From: Takakia lepidozioides | Taxonomy: Eukaryota > Plantae > Bryophyta | Assembly: GCA_030704615.1 (NCBI GenBank) | Contig: CM060734.1 | Coordinates: forward strand, 496,001 to 560,000 | DNA length: 64,000 nt | Direction: 5' to 3' | Shown: piece by piece, positions 11,101-32,095 of the stretch | Position numbering within the stretch: the stretch's first letter is position 1 | Layout: every line of letters begins with the position of its first letter | Notes under the pieces: generated by a model | Seen by the model: the letters and a program-made list of their open reading frames with translations, nothing else | What the model was told of the DNA's origin: nothing | The model's database searches: none | Program-made: the position numbers and the translations under genes

Positions 11101-14100
11101 CTGGTTCTTCTAGGATTTCCATTTCTCCCTCTCTTTCTTCATAGAAATGTGGTGGATAACTGCTTGTTTCACCCTCAACTGGTGTTGCTGTCACTACACC
11201 ACAGCAGATACCTTTTAAACAACTTAGGCCTTCCAGCTGCAACTCTGCAACCTGCTCCCACTCTGGGTGTGCAGCGAATAGGGTAGCTTCCTGCTCCTCA
11301 TCAAGTTCTCCCCTCCAGTCATACTCCCTGACCCCTCGAGGTCTTCTCGTAGCAAGTAATCTACTAGATTTCTTAGTGGTGATTTGTATCTTGTGCATCC
11401 CATCATGCACAGTTAGTAACTGGGAATTCCAGTCATGGAATACCCTGGCCTATTTCAGCCACGGTCGACCCAACAATAAGGAGTAAGCTTCCATGACTTC
11501 ATCCATTTTCAACACAGTTACTGTGATCATAAATATCATCTTTTGAATCTGTATCTTAACTCCTCTTATCAATCCCAATGGCTGTACACTTCTTTGATCT
11601 GCCATTGTTACTGTAAATGGGGCTGGTCTCATGTTACTTAGACCAAGCTTCTGCCTTAATTGGTCTGTCATGATATTCACTCCAGAGCCTCCATCTATCA
11701 GTACATCAGTTAGTTCTGTGCTTCCAATTCTCAATTGGATTACTGGCATAGAATCATCAAAGTCCATGACTGTTTCTTGCCCTTCCGGCTTCACATTATA
11801 ACTGGTCACCTTGCTGTTCAGGTCTGTGTTCCCTGTCACATGGGCAATTCGATTGATTGCTTGATATAGCCTGTGTCTACGATAAGGTGCCACAGCCAAT
11901 AGCTGTCCAATGGTAATCTCCGCTTTGGTCTGGCATATTACTTCAGCCAAAGTCCCTTCATTACTCTGCATTTCCGCAGTTTCTTTCTTCCCTTCATCCT
12001 CACTCACTTCCTCTTCTCTTTCAGAATCAGAGGAATCTGCCATAGGAATATCAGTACTCTTCTGCATTTCCCTTATGGTATCTGCCACTTCCTTGTGCAG
12101 TTCCTTCTCATCTCTCCAAGCCTCATCATCTTCAGGCACATCACTGCCATCTTCATTATCATCACCTTCCTCATCTACTGGAGGTATTATTTTGGCTTTG
12201 CTTCTGGTTACTATCATTGTACTTACTTCTGGTACAACACATGGCCTAACCATGTGAGCTGCCACCACTGGCCCCTCATTCACAGGAGCTCTCATCTCAT
12301 TCTGGTGTCTGATCCAAAATGGACAGGCTGCCTTGCGATGTCCTACCTGATTACAATAGTAACACAGTTCTTCCCCACTAGGTCCTCGTCCTTGGTCTGT
12401 TCTGGGATTGTTTCTATAATCCTGATTCCCTGGCTGGTAATTCCCCCTTGGATTACCCTGATAGTTACCTCTGGAATTTCCTTGGTAATTCCCTCTTGGA
12501 TTACCTCTCCCTTCCATGCCATTGTTATAACCACCAGGCCTACCATAGTGGTCCTGATCACTGTTTCTTCTTGGCTGGGGCTGCACTTGATGCACCCTTA
12601 CTTGCCTAGGTTCTCTAGTTGTTGTCCTTCTGTTGTAGTAACAATTCTCAGTAGAATGGTTATCCATTTTACAGATAGTATAGTGTTTCTCCTTCATGTG
12701 GCATTCAGTGGTGGTATGGCCTTCATTCTGGCACTTTGCACATTCACCCTTCCTCCAATGTGTTGCAGCCTCTGTGACATACTTCTTCAAGATTTCTTCT
12801 AATCTTTTCTCATAGTTATCCCTCTTCAACTTTTCCTTCCTCTTACTCTTCCTTTTCAACTCTTGCTCTTCTTCCTCATCTGACTCATCCTCAGAGTCCT
12901 CATCATCCCTTTTCTCTCTCTCCTGAACATTCATAATTGCTCAATTCTGTTCGCGGTTTCAAATGCCTCCTCCACTGTATTATGGGGTAACATATCCACT
13001 TTCTGGTCTTAGTCCACTCACAAACCAAGTCTTCTGTAAACCTGGTGCTGGTACAGCAGCCAGCTTTTTCATCATCAATTCCATCTTTTCCATATACTCC
13101 TCAACAGTTTCATGCTTCTTTTGCTTTAACTGTTGTAAACTTCCATACACTTCATCCTCAGTTTTACTTGTCCTGAACCTATTTCGGAACGTTGTATTCA
13201 AGCCATTCCAGGTTAGGAAATGATTATCAGGGAATCTTGCATACCATTCACTTGCTTTCTTTATAAGTGAACAAGGAAACAGTCTCATCTTGGCATCATC
13301 GCCATTCTCATTGTTCACAATACACTTGTGCTCAAATTGGCTAATGTGTACATCAGGATCCCCTTTTCCTGAATATATTGGAAAAGGTGGTTTTGCCCGT
13401 GTTGGTTGTAACGTCATCTTTGGCTCTACCTTCTGCCCACTGACAGATGCTGGCCCCCTTGCTGGTGCTGGTCCTTGAGGACCTGTTGTAGTTGTGGTGG
13501 AACTTCCACTAAGTGCTGGCCCTTGAGCACTCCCTGCTACTGGCCCCACTATATTCATAGTATTCCGAGCTCCAGTTGCACTACTTCCCACACTCCCTGT
13601 CCCCCAGAGCCAGATCCAGGCTACCCGCCTGATCCCCCTGAGCCGACACCTTCGTTGGCCTGTGATCCAAGTGCTCCACTTGATCCAGGTCCAACGGGTG
13701 GGATGTCCTGGTTGTAGTCTCAACCTCAGCTGTTGGGTCTACTTCTTCATACTCTTCCTCTTCCAATTTCTTCTCTCTGTTTTCATCCTCCAAGTTCTGC
13801 CCTTGGGTTTCTTCTTCACTCATGTAAGTCAACTGCAATGGTGTTGGAGAGTCTGAACTCTCTGTTGGCTCTGCCACATCCTCTCCTCCTTCTTCGTCTT
13901 CCGTCTCAGAAACTGGAGTTCCTACTTTTGGTGTTCCATGCCAACTCTTATCAAAGATTTCTGTCAAATCTTTTATCCAGGGATGTACCTCAGATCTTTC
14001 ACCTCGTGGTTGATCTTCTTCCTGTACCAATTCCATTAATCTTTCTTGCAAAGAAAAAGAAGGAGTGACATCCAACTCTAGTTCTTCCGGTATGGGTGAT

Positions 14101-14246
14101 GTACTCTCTGATCTTAATGGTGTGAGAGGTCCAGATGATTCCCCTATGTCTATTCCTCTCTCCCAAAGATATGGATAATTAGCTTTCAGATAACTTTCTC
14201 TTTTTGCTGAATATCTCTGGAGTCTAGCTTCTCTTTCATCACTCAT
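8079..14246 (-). pseudogene. gag-pol of copy A (frameshifts and stops)
   Basis: Gag with CCHC knuckles, protease LIDGGS, RT MPFGLCNAPATFQR/VFLDDF, RNase H CDASG..YYASR, integrase H..GGH..C..C / WGLDFVGP / GPY. Confidence 0.95.
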
Positions 14247-14266
14247 GTCCCATGTCTTTCATTTCT

Positions 14267-14956
14267 TTAATGTGGCAATAACCAAAACTCTCTTCTGTAG
14301 TATCTCTCGTATATGCCTGGGTTTCTTTCAAGCTTCAATGCACCCTTGGCTATACTAGAAGTCTCCGTTACCATATAACCATATGGCAAACAAGTCTGGA
14401 AAGCTGCTCTTGGTGTGAGTTTGATCCACATAATATCCTTTGGAATCCAATTCTTTACCAGTAGAAGCTCCTCATGCATATGAGTATAAACATTCACCTT
14501 CCTTTCCTCCTAGCCTTCAAATCGCTTAATGGATAGCAATGCTATCACATAAACCAGTGTTGGTAACCAACGTGTTCTTCCTCTACAGGCTACCTGATAA
14601 ATCTTTATCACTCCTTTCTCCAGACCCCACTCAGGATCAGCATCATGCACTCTCTTAAGAATGTTTTCTTTACAATCGTCTGACAATTCCAAGAACCTCT
14701 GAAAGAATTGTTTGGACAATCTTTCATTCTCAGTTTCACAGGGAATTTGATTCACATCAAATTCTTTAATTCTCCAACCACCATGATCCCACCAGATGTC
14801 TCTCACATCTGGTTGTTCATTACTAAGTTCCCCAGTATGGTCGCCAAATGTCGAGCGGCTTTTACTCACCCATCCCTTTGCTATCCGAGGTGGAAACTCC
14901 AAGATAGAAGAGTTGGATATCTCTAAGCACTCAACCCGCTCAGAACAATCAGTCAT
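14267..14956 (-). pseudogene. 5' extra ORF (ORF0, ~230 aa) of copy A, starting inside the LTR and crossing the PBS
   Basis: ORFs 14510-14956 and 14267-14497 are in one frame across a single TAG (TGG in copy B); the peptide is conserved with copy B 55204-55880. Confidence 0.65.
14829..14846 (-). other. Primer-binding site of copy A, tRNA-Arg-like
   Basis: Minus strand TGGCGACCATACTGGGGA, 2 nt inside the 5' LTR; resembles the complement of plant tRNA-Arg 3' ends (..GTCGCCA). Confidence 0.7.
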
Positions 14957-15828
14957 GACCTGCAGCTAGTGAATCATGGTTGTGCTTCCTATTTGTATTC
15001 CTTCTTGCCTTTATGTTATCAAAATTACCTTACCGTGTATACTGAAGCATCAGATTGCTTCAGTATCTACTAAGTTCCCGTTAATCATGCATTCATTCCA
15101 CAGCTTCACTCATATCTCTCTACACAGTGTGATTATATCGAATAAGTATCAAATTATGATTTATCAGGTATCAGGCCAATGCCATGGTGACTCTAATCTG
15201 CCCTACAGTATCCCTACAGCTTTGCATGTAACAAGCATCTACTGTTCATCTTCCCTCATCCTCCGTGCTCTCGTTCTTGCTCTCCGCCTGATCTCCTCTC
15301 ATGCATGACCCAAAAGCGCTCCCCGTGAAGTGATCCCCTTCCCGTTGCCGCTCTCCTAATCTACCCGCAAGCTGTTCTAACCACCTAACTAACTAACCGT
15401 CACCCCTGAAGTAACACGTTTCCTCTGCAGATGTCGTTCCCTCACAGTCGTTCCCTGTCAATGATAATTGGTCCCCAAGTACTGTGATAGGCTATGTCAA
15501 GCTGTGCCGAGCTGTGACTGGCTATGTAAAGCTGTGTCAGGCTGCGACTGGCTGTGCGAAACTGTGGCGGACTGTGACTGGCTGTTTAAAGCTGTGCGAA
15601 GCTGTGTCGGGCTGTGTGAAGCTGTGGCCGGCTGTGACTGGCTGTGTAAAGCTGTACGAAGCTGTGTCGGGCTGTGTGAAGCTGTGGCAGGCTGTGTCGG
15701 GCTGTGTAACCCCCCCTAAAGCCTGCTACTGCCACCCCTAAGGCTCCTGTTGGTCTCAGTCTGCGCAAAAATTAAGGGTACCCCACAGAACCCGTAAAAG
15801 CGTCTAAGTCTAAAACAGCCCTCTAACA
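14849..15828 (-). repeat. 5' LTR of copy A
   Basis: Matches 2692-3610; adjacent to the PBS. Confidence 0.95.
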
Positions 15829-18000
15829 CTCCACACCATGGTCATGGCGGGAGAGGAGGCTGATATCTCATGGCTTTGGCCTTCCCATTGCCTTGGGTTC
15901 ATCACTTCAATCAGGAACATATTTGATAACCTTTTGTCATGCTCAGACCAAGGTGTTAGTAAACCAAACATAAAACTGAAAACAGAAGGGAGATTGGTTG
16001 ATAATGTGTACAAGAACCACCAAGTACACTGGTCTAAATCAGAGAGGGAAGATACTTATGTCTTGTCGAGACATGGACAAAGACCTGACAAGGTCATTGT
16101 AAAATTAACGACAAATCAGCCTCATAACAAGGCATTATCAACCATTCTTCATTCACAAGTCAGCATTATGACAAATCCCAGACTTCAAAGTCAATGAAGT
16201 CTCTGGGTGGGGGGGGTGGGAAAAATTAGAGACTCAATTGCCACTGTTCATAGCAGGAAACCATTGTTCAGCATGCTAAAAAGTGCCATTCATGTCATTC
16301 AGTTTGTATTTTTTGGTCAGCTTACATACCAAGGCATAACCAACCATCCTAATTTATTGTTGGCCCAAAAACTAGTATGGTTTTGGGTTCTTTGTATCAT
16401 TGGACATACCAAAGTGACTGAGCAGTAAGTATCCATGTCCAAATAAAGATCCATTGATCACCGTTCATGGCTGGAAATGTCTGTTTGTCTTAAAGAAGCA
16501 ATTTATGATCATAGAAGGCTTAAGAACAAAATAAGAGCATTTCTTTACATAAAGAACATCACCAAAGCAGGGTTACGGACTGATATTTGGCAGCTTATAC
16601 AACAGGGTATAATCAGCTGCCCTATTTTGCACATCAAGTCACTTATTTGACACCATGATTTTTGCCCCCATGATCTGTTTTAGATCTGGGGCTGGTGTGT
16701 AATTTCAATGACAGGGTAGAGTAATATTCCCACCTCTTATTCCATGCCCCAAGACCAAGTTCTATATCCGGGGTAGGGAAATCATTACCATAACAGGTTG
16801 TAATCAGATTTACATGCCATGCAATCATCCATAGGAAACACAAAGAATCTGAATTGCTCATCCCATCAGGCCTGCAGGTTACTTTGGTATTATTTATCCT
16901 AAAGCAACTTGAATACAATGCCTGAATCATTCTCTTCACATCTATCAATGTCTTACCATTTTGAAAAATAGGTAAACATTCAAGGGCATATAACCAAGGA
17001 CCAGATTTGGCCACAAAAGATCCATCCATATCAGTTTGGCATGGTATCAAGTGTCCTAAAGTAACCAGCTTCTAAAAGAGGCCAAGTTTCCAATGCTTGT
17101 ACATTCAAGAACATTGTCTGGTCATGAAAACAGGTCTACCCTACATTGTAGCATGTTACCAGATCTCTTTAAAGCCATCAGCTTGTCATATCATTGCTCC
17201 ATTGTCACATTAGTATGCCATAGGGAACAAGAGATAGTCGCCCTAATGATTGATTGTCCACCATACTAGGTTAAACATAGGAGCCATCAAGATCAAAGGA
17301 AAGAGGAAGAAAGGATTGTTCTCCCCCAAAGATACAGATGGCGTCGCTTCTTCAACTCGATTCCAATCAACTTCAAGCTTTAAAATCCATGTTAAGTGAG
17401 GACCCTCACCTGGTCCCATCACACGCAATCAGAAATAGTTAAGTTAGAGATGATGTGGAACCCCAGGTGAATCGCAGGTCTCACGCTTGTTATCGTTGTA
17501 CAACATGCAATACAAAGCAGGGGCAGAAAGAAAACAGAGCATATGCAAGCCAATACCTTGATGGCTCGTGGAAGAGAGGCCTGCGCCATAGCTCTCAAGA
17601 CCAGCAAACAAGAATGCATGCACAAAGAAAGTGAATCGCCCAAACTTAAAGAGTTCAGACACTTCCCTGAGGCCTTAAGATCGCCGCTTGTATCTTAATG
17701 ATCAATGAAGGTCACAGCAAGCAACCATAACACAGGTAGATCGCCCGCCAAGCATTAGAGACAACCGTCACAAGGAAATTGCAGGTACTGCCGCCATTGC
17801 GCACCCCAAGAGAGGAAGAAGATATTGAATCTTGCCAGAACACCTAAATGCCTTAATGGCGCAGCTCCATAGCATTCAAGGGCGCCTGAATCGAGCTCCA
17901 TGCGCCCCCCGCCACCATCTCTCAACTCCGGCCATCCCTTGAGCACGATCGTCGTGCAGAGGGTTAGGGCAGGGAAGAGATTTCCCGCGATTTCCTGCGA

Positions 18001-18150
18001 TTTCATCCATTCGGGATGAAATCCATCACACGGGATGAACTCTACCGCGCAGGATGAAATCTATCGTGATTTCATCCGCGTTGGATGAAATTGTCTCTCG
18101 ATTTTTCATCTGTGTCATCCTCTGAGGATGACATCCATTTATGGATGAAA
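18001..18150. repeat. Cluster of GGATGA/TCATCC motifs forming short inverted pairs (possible DNA-transposon subterminal repeats)
   Basis: For example tttcatccattcgggatgaaa, tttcatccgcgttggatgaaa and tgtcatcctctgaggatgaca. Confidence 0.5.
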
Positions 18151-18546
18151 AAATTAAACAATAGGATGGCTCCATTAGGGTCCCGACCTTAGACCAAGAA
18201 TCCGGGTAATGTAAATAATCGAAATTAACCAAATTCCAATAAGGTTAATTAGGGGTTAGGTAACATACCACTGGTCTTAAACTATCAAGTTTTAAAAGAA
18301 CCAGCCAAATCCATGGAGGGAGGGAGAGAGAGGGAGAGAGAGGGAACCCACCAACCATCCCCTGGTATGGCAGCTCCTTATGGAGTGAGTGTGGTATGCA
18401 CTCACCCCGTAAGGGAGTGCATACCAGACCCCATCACATAAATGACCTCCCTCTTCTTTGTAGCTTTTACTTTTGGTTACAAAGGAACCATAGAAATAAA
18501 CATGCCTACAATCTCAACTCTCCAAGGTCAAAAAACAAAACAAGCC

Positions 18547-19060
18547 GTGACAAGCAAAGGTACATCAACACTTACATCAGAATGTAGAGTTTTACCTTTT
18601 AGCTACACATAAGCTCTGGTAATGGAAAGATGAGGCCAATGAAGGGACCTTAACTCCGAAATTCATGAAGCAACAAACGGGAAATAAACTTTTATCAACC
18701 CTTTAGTGTTTACCTGGCCCATGTTTTTGGGTACCACATGTGTACAAAACCAATGGGGGCAGGTTTAGGTAATGAATTTTCTGCCATTGGCATGTTCCAA
18801 GTTGGCAAGTTGTGACAAACGAAGGTACATCAACACATACATCAAAATGTAGAGTTTTACCTTTTAGTTTATATATAAGCTCTGGTGACTGGAAGAAGAG
18901 GCCAGTGAAATAACCCTCAATTCCCAAGGTCATAAAGTAACAATCAGGAAAGAATCTTATATCAGACTTTTAGTGTTTACCCACCCCTTGTTTTGGGTAA
19001 AACATGTGTACAAAACCAAAGGGGGCAGGTATTGGGACTTAGGTAATGAAGTCTGGCAGG
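18547..19060. repeat. Diverged ~265-bp tandem duplication (2 units)
   Basis: gtgacaa..aggtacatcaacac..aatgtagagttttaccttttag..acatgtgtacaaaaccaa.gggggcaggt occurs at 18547 and again at 18812. Confidence 0.8.
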
Positions 19061-19849
19061 GGATTACCACCTTGTATTCAGACGAAACCTCTACCAACAG
19101 CATATCAGGTATATTTTTATGGTGCTATAAAGAGCAAAGCCACAACCAGGAGAAACATAGAAACATTTGAGCCAAAGAAATGGAACTCATTCTTATCACA
19201 AGGTATCTAAATCTGACATAAGACATTGGGTGGTGTCACCCTTGGTGCGTGAGCTAGCGAGGGGGCCATCCCAATATGCCATTTCCTTCACCTCAATGTG
19301 GGTTCATGGACGCGTGTCCTTGAAGGTAACCGCTACATACGGTCGCTACTATGAGTCCAGCACTCCGAGACGTAGTTCACAACTTCGCAGTCTGATCGTG
19401 CAGTCGTTGAAACGACTTGCTAGTTATTTTTGAACTAGTGGTTAGTGCTCGCGTAGTACGAGATTGTAACTATTCAGCAGCGTGAAGCAACACGGCTACG
19501 GCGCGTGTCCTGCTTCCAAGAGTACACGTGGAGTTCTTACACCGAGCCACGCGGCTGTATTTCCGGCATGCACACGGTGGGGAAGTCGGAACCCTCGGTC
19601 AAAAGTCCACTGTGGTCAAGGTCCAAGATTCAGTCAACGCCGCGCGTGGCGACACCTTAAAAATTACCCTGCAGTCGGCGTCACGACTGACTGGAACGAC
19701 TCCGACCACGTAATGACCGGAACGACTGGGCTGTCCGATAGGTCTTGTCCTTTCGGACTCGTAGTCACCCAATCGTTTTTTGACTAAAACGACTGGGTTT
19801 CCAATTGTTTTTTGAGTCGTTATTTCGGCGATTCTTTGTAGTGGTGCCT

Positions 19850-21605
19850 GCCTTCAACCCTGTTGTGGAGTTCTTCAAAGAGTTGAGAAGAAACTACCAA
19901 GGGGTGAGGATAGAGAAGTTGCAAAGCTTGCAAGAGTTCTAACGGAAGCCTACTGAGAGCTTGAGGGAGGCCTTCACTCGCATGAGGCGCTTGATAAATG
20001 TAACCCAAGGGGTTACGGAAGCTCAGGCAGTCCAATTCTGGTATGGGATATTGGACAAGGAGCTGAGAAGAAGGGTGCGGGATGCAACTCTCCTACAAGC
20101 GGCCCAACCCACCTTAGCAAATGTGTTTTTGCTGGCAGAGCGGATAGAGCTCAACATGGTGGAGGAACGAGTGGTCATGGTGGGATTTGCTAAGGAGACA
20201 CCACGGGGTAGTGGTGCTCCTAGCCAGCCACCACCCCAACGTGCTCAAGGCAACAAGGGGCTCAGGTGAAGCCCAGGGAAGGACAGAAAGGATCTCAGGT
20301 GTAGGGATCTCTCCCTTCATTTGCAGGCCAACAACGGGCAGATGTGGTGTGTTGGACAAGTGGAGGACCTCATGTCAAGAAGGATTGCCCAGAGGGAGGC
20401 AAAGGGCCAGCACAGGCGCAGCCTGCATAGTTGCAGTGTGGCCATTGTGGCAAGTATGGGTGTGGAGAGGCCCAGTGTTATGACTTGCATCCTGAGTTGC
20501 GCCCAGGCCAGTTCCAACGGAACAATGGTGGCCGGGGGCGAGGTGGAGCACCTCCGAGAGGACGAGGTGCAAGCCAATGGCAAGCTCAGCATGGTCAAGG
20601 ACATGGAGGTCAGGGTGTTGATCAAGGCATGGCCAACCGGCTTCAGCAGCTAGAGCAGATGCTATGGCCACAACTCAGGTGGTACCAGTTCCCAGGTATG
20701 AGGGTCCCCCTCCTGCTCCTGAGGGATGAGACATGAGAGGCATGGGATTTATGTGCGGGGCAGCACTACCACTAGTGAAGGATGCCACTACCACTACCAC
20801 TATGTGTGGGGCACCACTACCACTAGTGAGGGGTGCCACTACCACTACCACTATGTGTGGGGCACCACTATAACTAGTGCAGGGCAGCACTACGTGCAGG
20901 GCAACACTACCACTACCACCATGTGCGGGGCAACCCTACCACTAGTGTAAGTGGAGTATGCTGCTGCCGTGACTCGAGGAGCAACACGAGTTCATGAGCC
21001 ACGAGGTGCAGAGATGGAGTTGGATCCACAGCGTGGGGAGGCAAGTCGTTAGGCTAGGCTTCCTCAGTCATTCACATTGGTGGAGACAGTGTCGACGCCA
21101 TCCATGGCACCTAGTTCTTGTCTAACTGTTACTGAGGCGGAGGTTACTATGCCATTGGGGAGAGCTACACGGACAGCACCACTACCTAGTGCTGCCAAGG
21201 CTACGGCAGCTAGTGTGCTGCTGGGGGCGGCCACATCTGTGTGCTAGGCTCCATTGTTCTCGGCTACCATGATTGCGACGCCGGGGGTGCGACCAGCTGC
21301 AATGTTTAGACTGGCAGCTACACTCTGTGAAAGTGGGGAGGTCACTTCATCTTCTGCGGAGATAGTGGAAGGTGTAGTGGCGGAGGGATCCTCGGATTTG
21401 AGAGTCAAGACTGCCACGGCGGCGCCATGGCAAGCTGCAGTTGCCAGCTAGGCCAGCCATTGAGCGCGCCATAGTGACATAGTGACATAGTGACACTTGG
21501 AGTTGTCTTGTTGGACAACCAGGATGACATTTTTTGTTTGAGTGGACCAGCAGGCAAGAAGTACCGGCCACTGCGAGTCTTGTTGGACTCGGGAGCTCAG
21601 CCGTT
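19850..21605 (+). mobile_element. Degenerate LTR-retrotransposon gag-protease relic (a family different from copies A and B)
   Basis: Gag-like LREAFTRMRRL..QFWYGILDKELRRRV; knuckle-like CGHCGKYGCGEAQC; protease PLRVLLDSGAQP at about 21568-21603; no RT; ~57-bp tandem repeat at 20750-20945. Confidence 0.7.
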
Positions 21606-22115
21606 TGCGCTTTAGAATCCAGTCTTTTGTAAAAAATATGGAAGGGCAAGAATGAAGTTTCCACTACTGTCGAAGGGTAGGCGAGGCCTCGTTGAAAATA
21701 GCACATTTGAAATTTCAGATCCAAGTTTTGTCACTGATGCTTGCGGGATGAGATACCTATTGTTGAGAGAGAGTGGGAGGCTTGTGCACTTGGTGAGCAT
21801 CTAGAAGGTTCTTAGTACACTGACGTTGCACCTTCATTTGGACCGGCCGACGACGCTGGTTTTTGACCATTCCTATCCTCACTAGAGAAGTAGAGGGGCT
21901 CCATTCCCTTTCGCATAAGCTCTTCCTCTCTAGCTCTTGCATATGCTGTGTCTCTCTCTTAGCTTGCTTGAAGCTTGCATGCTACTGAACCTCTCAAAAG
22001 CTGAGTCTCAAAGGTATAGGCTAAGCAAACTCAAGTGTGATGTGGTCGTGACCCACTCGTGGCGATGTAACGACTCCAGTTCAGATCACTGACTTGACGA
22101 CGTTTTTGCAAGTTG

Positions 22116-23065
22116 CTGGTAGGTTCCTTGAGAAGGCAGCAACCCCAAAGGACTGGCAACTTGAGGAGAAGAAGGGAACTCCTCTCGAAGCATCCAAGAG
22201 TATCAAGCCATGGAGACTCTGCAGTGATACGAGAGTAGAGGAGGTGAAACTGCTCGTGCGAGTAATGCCCATTTGGTTTACCACTTTAATGTTGCTAGTT
22301 ATAACCTCCCAGCCGTCATCGTTCTTCCTACGACAGGGCCTCACCATGGATTTATGCATGGGACCCAACTTCAAGATCCCAGCGGCCTCCTTGGAAGTAC
22401 CTATTTAAATCCCTAACTGCCCTGGCCGCCATCCCTGTCTACGAGAAAATTTTCGTTCCATTGGCACGCAAGTACACAGGGAATTAACGGGGCCTCTCAA
22501 TGCTGCGGAGGATTGGAACTGGACTTGTGATCTCTATTCTTGGGGTGATGACTGCAGCTCTTGTGGAAATGAGACGTTTGAAGGTCATCAACGATCACGG
22601 TTTTCAGGACCACCACAATCTGCCGGTCCCTAATGAGCGTTTTCTGGCTCGTCCCACAATACAGTATTGGGGGTCTCTCCCAGGTCTTTGGTGACATTGG
22701 GCAGCTCGAATTCTTCTACGAGCAGGCCCCTGATGGCATGCAGAGCATAGGAACAGCTCTCTTCACATCCAACACAGGGGTTGCTCATTTCTTATGCACC
22801 GCCCTAGTGAAAGTTGTTGTACGTGCTACAAGTCGTGGTGGGCACACAGAGCTGGATTGTAAACAACGTGAATAGGTGCCGCCTCAACAACTACTACTGG
22901 CTCTTGGCGACGATGAGTGCTGTGAACTTGTGCGTTTACCTGATGCTTGCAAAGTGGTACACTTACAAGAAGCCAGTGAGCTCTCCTCGGAGCAACTCTG
23001 ACAGAGTGGTGCCGGAGCCTCATCTGCCGTGTGAAACATATGCTGCTTCTATCGAGCCTACCTAA
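22116..23065 (+). pseudogene. NPF: NRT1/PTR (NPF) transporter, C-terminal half only, with stops and frameshifts
   Basis: RFLEKAA, PWRLCS.TRVEEVK, QGLTMD..MGPNFKIPAASL, RIGTGL, MSVFWLVPQY, GQLEFFYEQAPDGMQSIGTAL, YYWLLA. Confidence 0.92.
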
Positions 23066-23597
23066 TCCCATCCATAGACAAGGCATCTGGCAAGACAACA
23101 TGGTGCATGCCCCCACCACTCTGTGAAATTAGAAAATTGAACTTGTGTGCACCAAAAGTGCCACAGCTCTGGTGTATCTGAGCTAGAGAGTATAAGACTA
23201 TCATAACACCTTTAACCTGAAGATTCATTAAGCCTAGATGTCTTTCCATGGAACTATTACCACCACCATTGTCACAACCAACAAGTACAAACCAGGCACC
23301 ACACGTCCCTCATGGAAAATGTATCTAAAATTGAGTCATAAATTCTGACCATCTTTACAGACCTCGCACTGACAACCATCTGCTGCGCGAGAGATAACTG
23401 AAATGAGACTGATTTGCATGACAATCAATGAAAGTAAAATGGCTCTGAAGCCAAGACTAGTCGAGCTTCATCTGAGGTCCTTCGGCTCTCAAAATGATCA
23501 GGTGAAGAAGTATGTGACACAGAAGTCTCTGCCGCAAAAGAACGTCATTTCTACAGATGCGCTGTTGTAAAACAGGATCATCGCTAAGAGTCCACAA

Positions 23598-31445
<7,848 letters not shown>

Positions 31446-31806
31446 TGGATCCTTCCTCACCCTTCAAATCCGGCAACCGACCCTAGCCTCTATCTCTCTC
31501 TCTACGAAATCAATTGCAGGCTCCCAGAATTCTTGGTTCTCACTGGATCCAGACAGATTAGCTTGCTTCCGTACTTTGTAAAAACAAGCAAGAAATCGAA
31601 TTAATCTCACTCCATCTTCACTCATTCAAGCACACAACTTATTCTCTGCTAATTTTAAAACCCTCCTTCCATCACTTACTAGGGGGCTCTCGCCAGCAAT
31701 GGAATCTCTGCTCGCAGACAGAACCACTTCCCTGCCTTCCGCCACAGCCCTTGGACTATAGAGAATTGGCCGGGAGACTGTAAGCGAGCAGCAGGAGGGA
31801 GACGAA

Positions 31807-31855
31807 GAGTTGACCGGACCTTACCTCCCGGTTAGGTCAACTCAATAGCAGTCAA
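31807..31855. promoter_or_regulatory. W-box cluster upstream of the WRKY gene
   Basis: TTGACC 31810-31815, GGTCAA 31835-31840, AGTCAA 31850-31855; the first two form the inverted pair GAGTTGACC/GGTCAACTC. Confidence 0.6.
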
Positions 31856-32095
31856 CCCTCCCGGCCGGCAGAGACTACCCGATGGCTGACTCAGTGCTTC
31901 TTTCCGTCCATTCGTCGACGTGTCGCCTGCAGACATCGATGATCTCTGTCTGACACACGGATGAGCTCTGTCTGGCACATGGGTGACCTCAATATTCTGA
32001 CCACAAGTGCAGCTTTTGCTTTTGCCAGAGAGTAATTATTCCTATTTATCGTAATATTTTTCTTTCGTAATTTCTCAGTGTCCCTTTTTGCTGTC

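Larger units (their letters stand above)
2692..15828 (-). mobile_element. Full-length Ty3/gypsy LTR retrotransposon, non-chromovirus (Athila/Tat-related), copy A, decayed
   Basis: TG...CA LTRs at 2692-3610 and 14849-15828; 5-bp TSD CTCCA at 2687-2691 and 15829-15833; PBS and PPT present; order gag-PR-RT-RH-INT. Confidence 0.97.

Noticed and set aside
15834-18000. Specific transposase or continuation of the kinase
   Set aside because: Only short broken ORFs; no kinase C-lobe or DDE motifs could be identified by eye.
21765-22070. 3' LTR partner for the 19.8-21.6 kb gag relic
   Set aside because: A purine tract followed by TG is present, but I found no matching 5' LTR or TSD.
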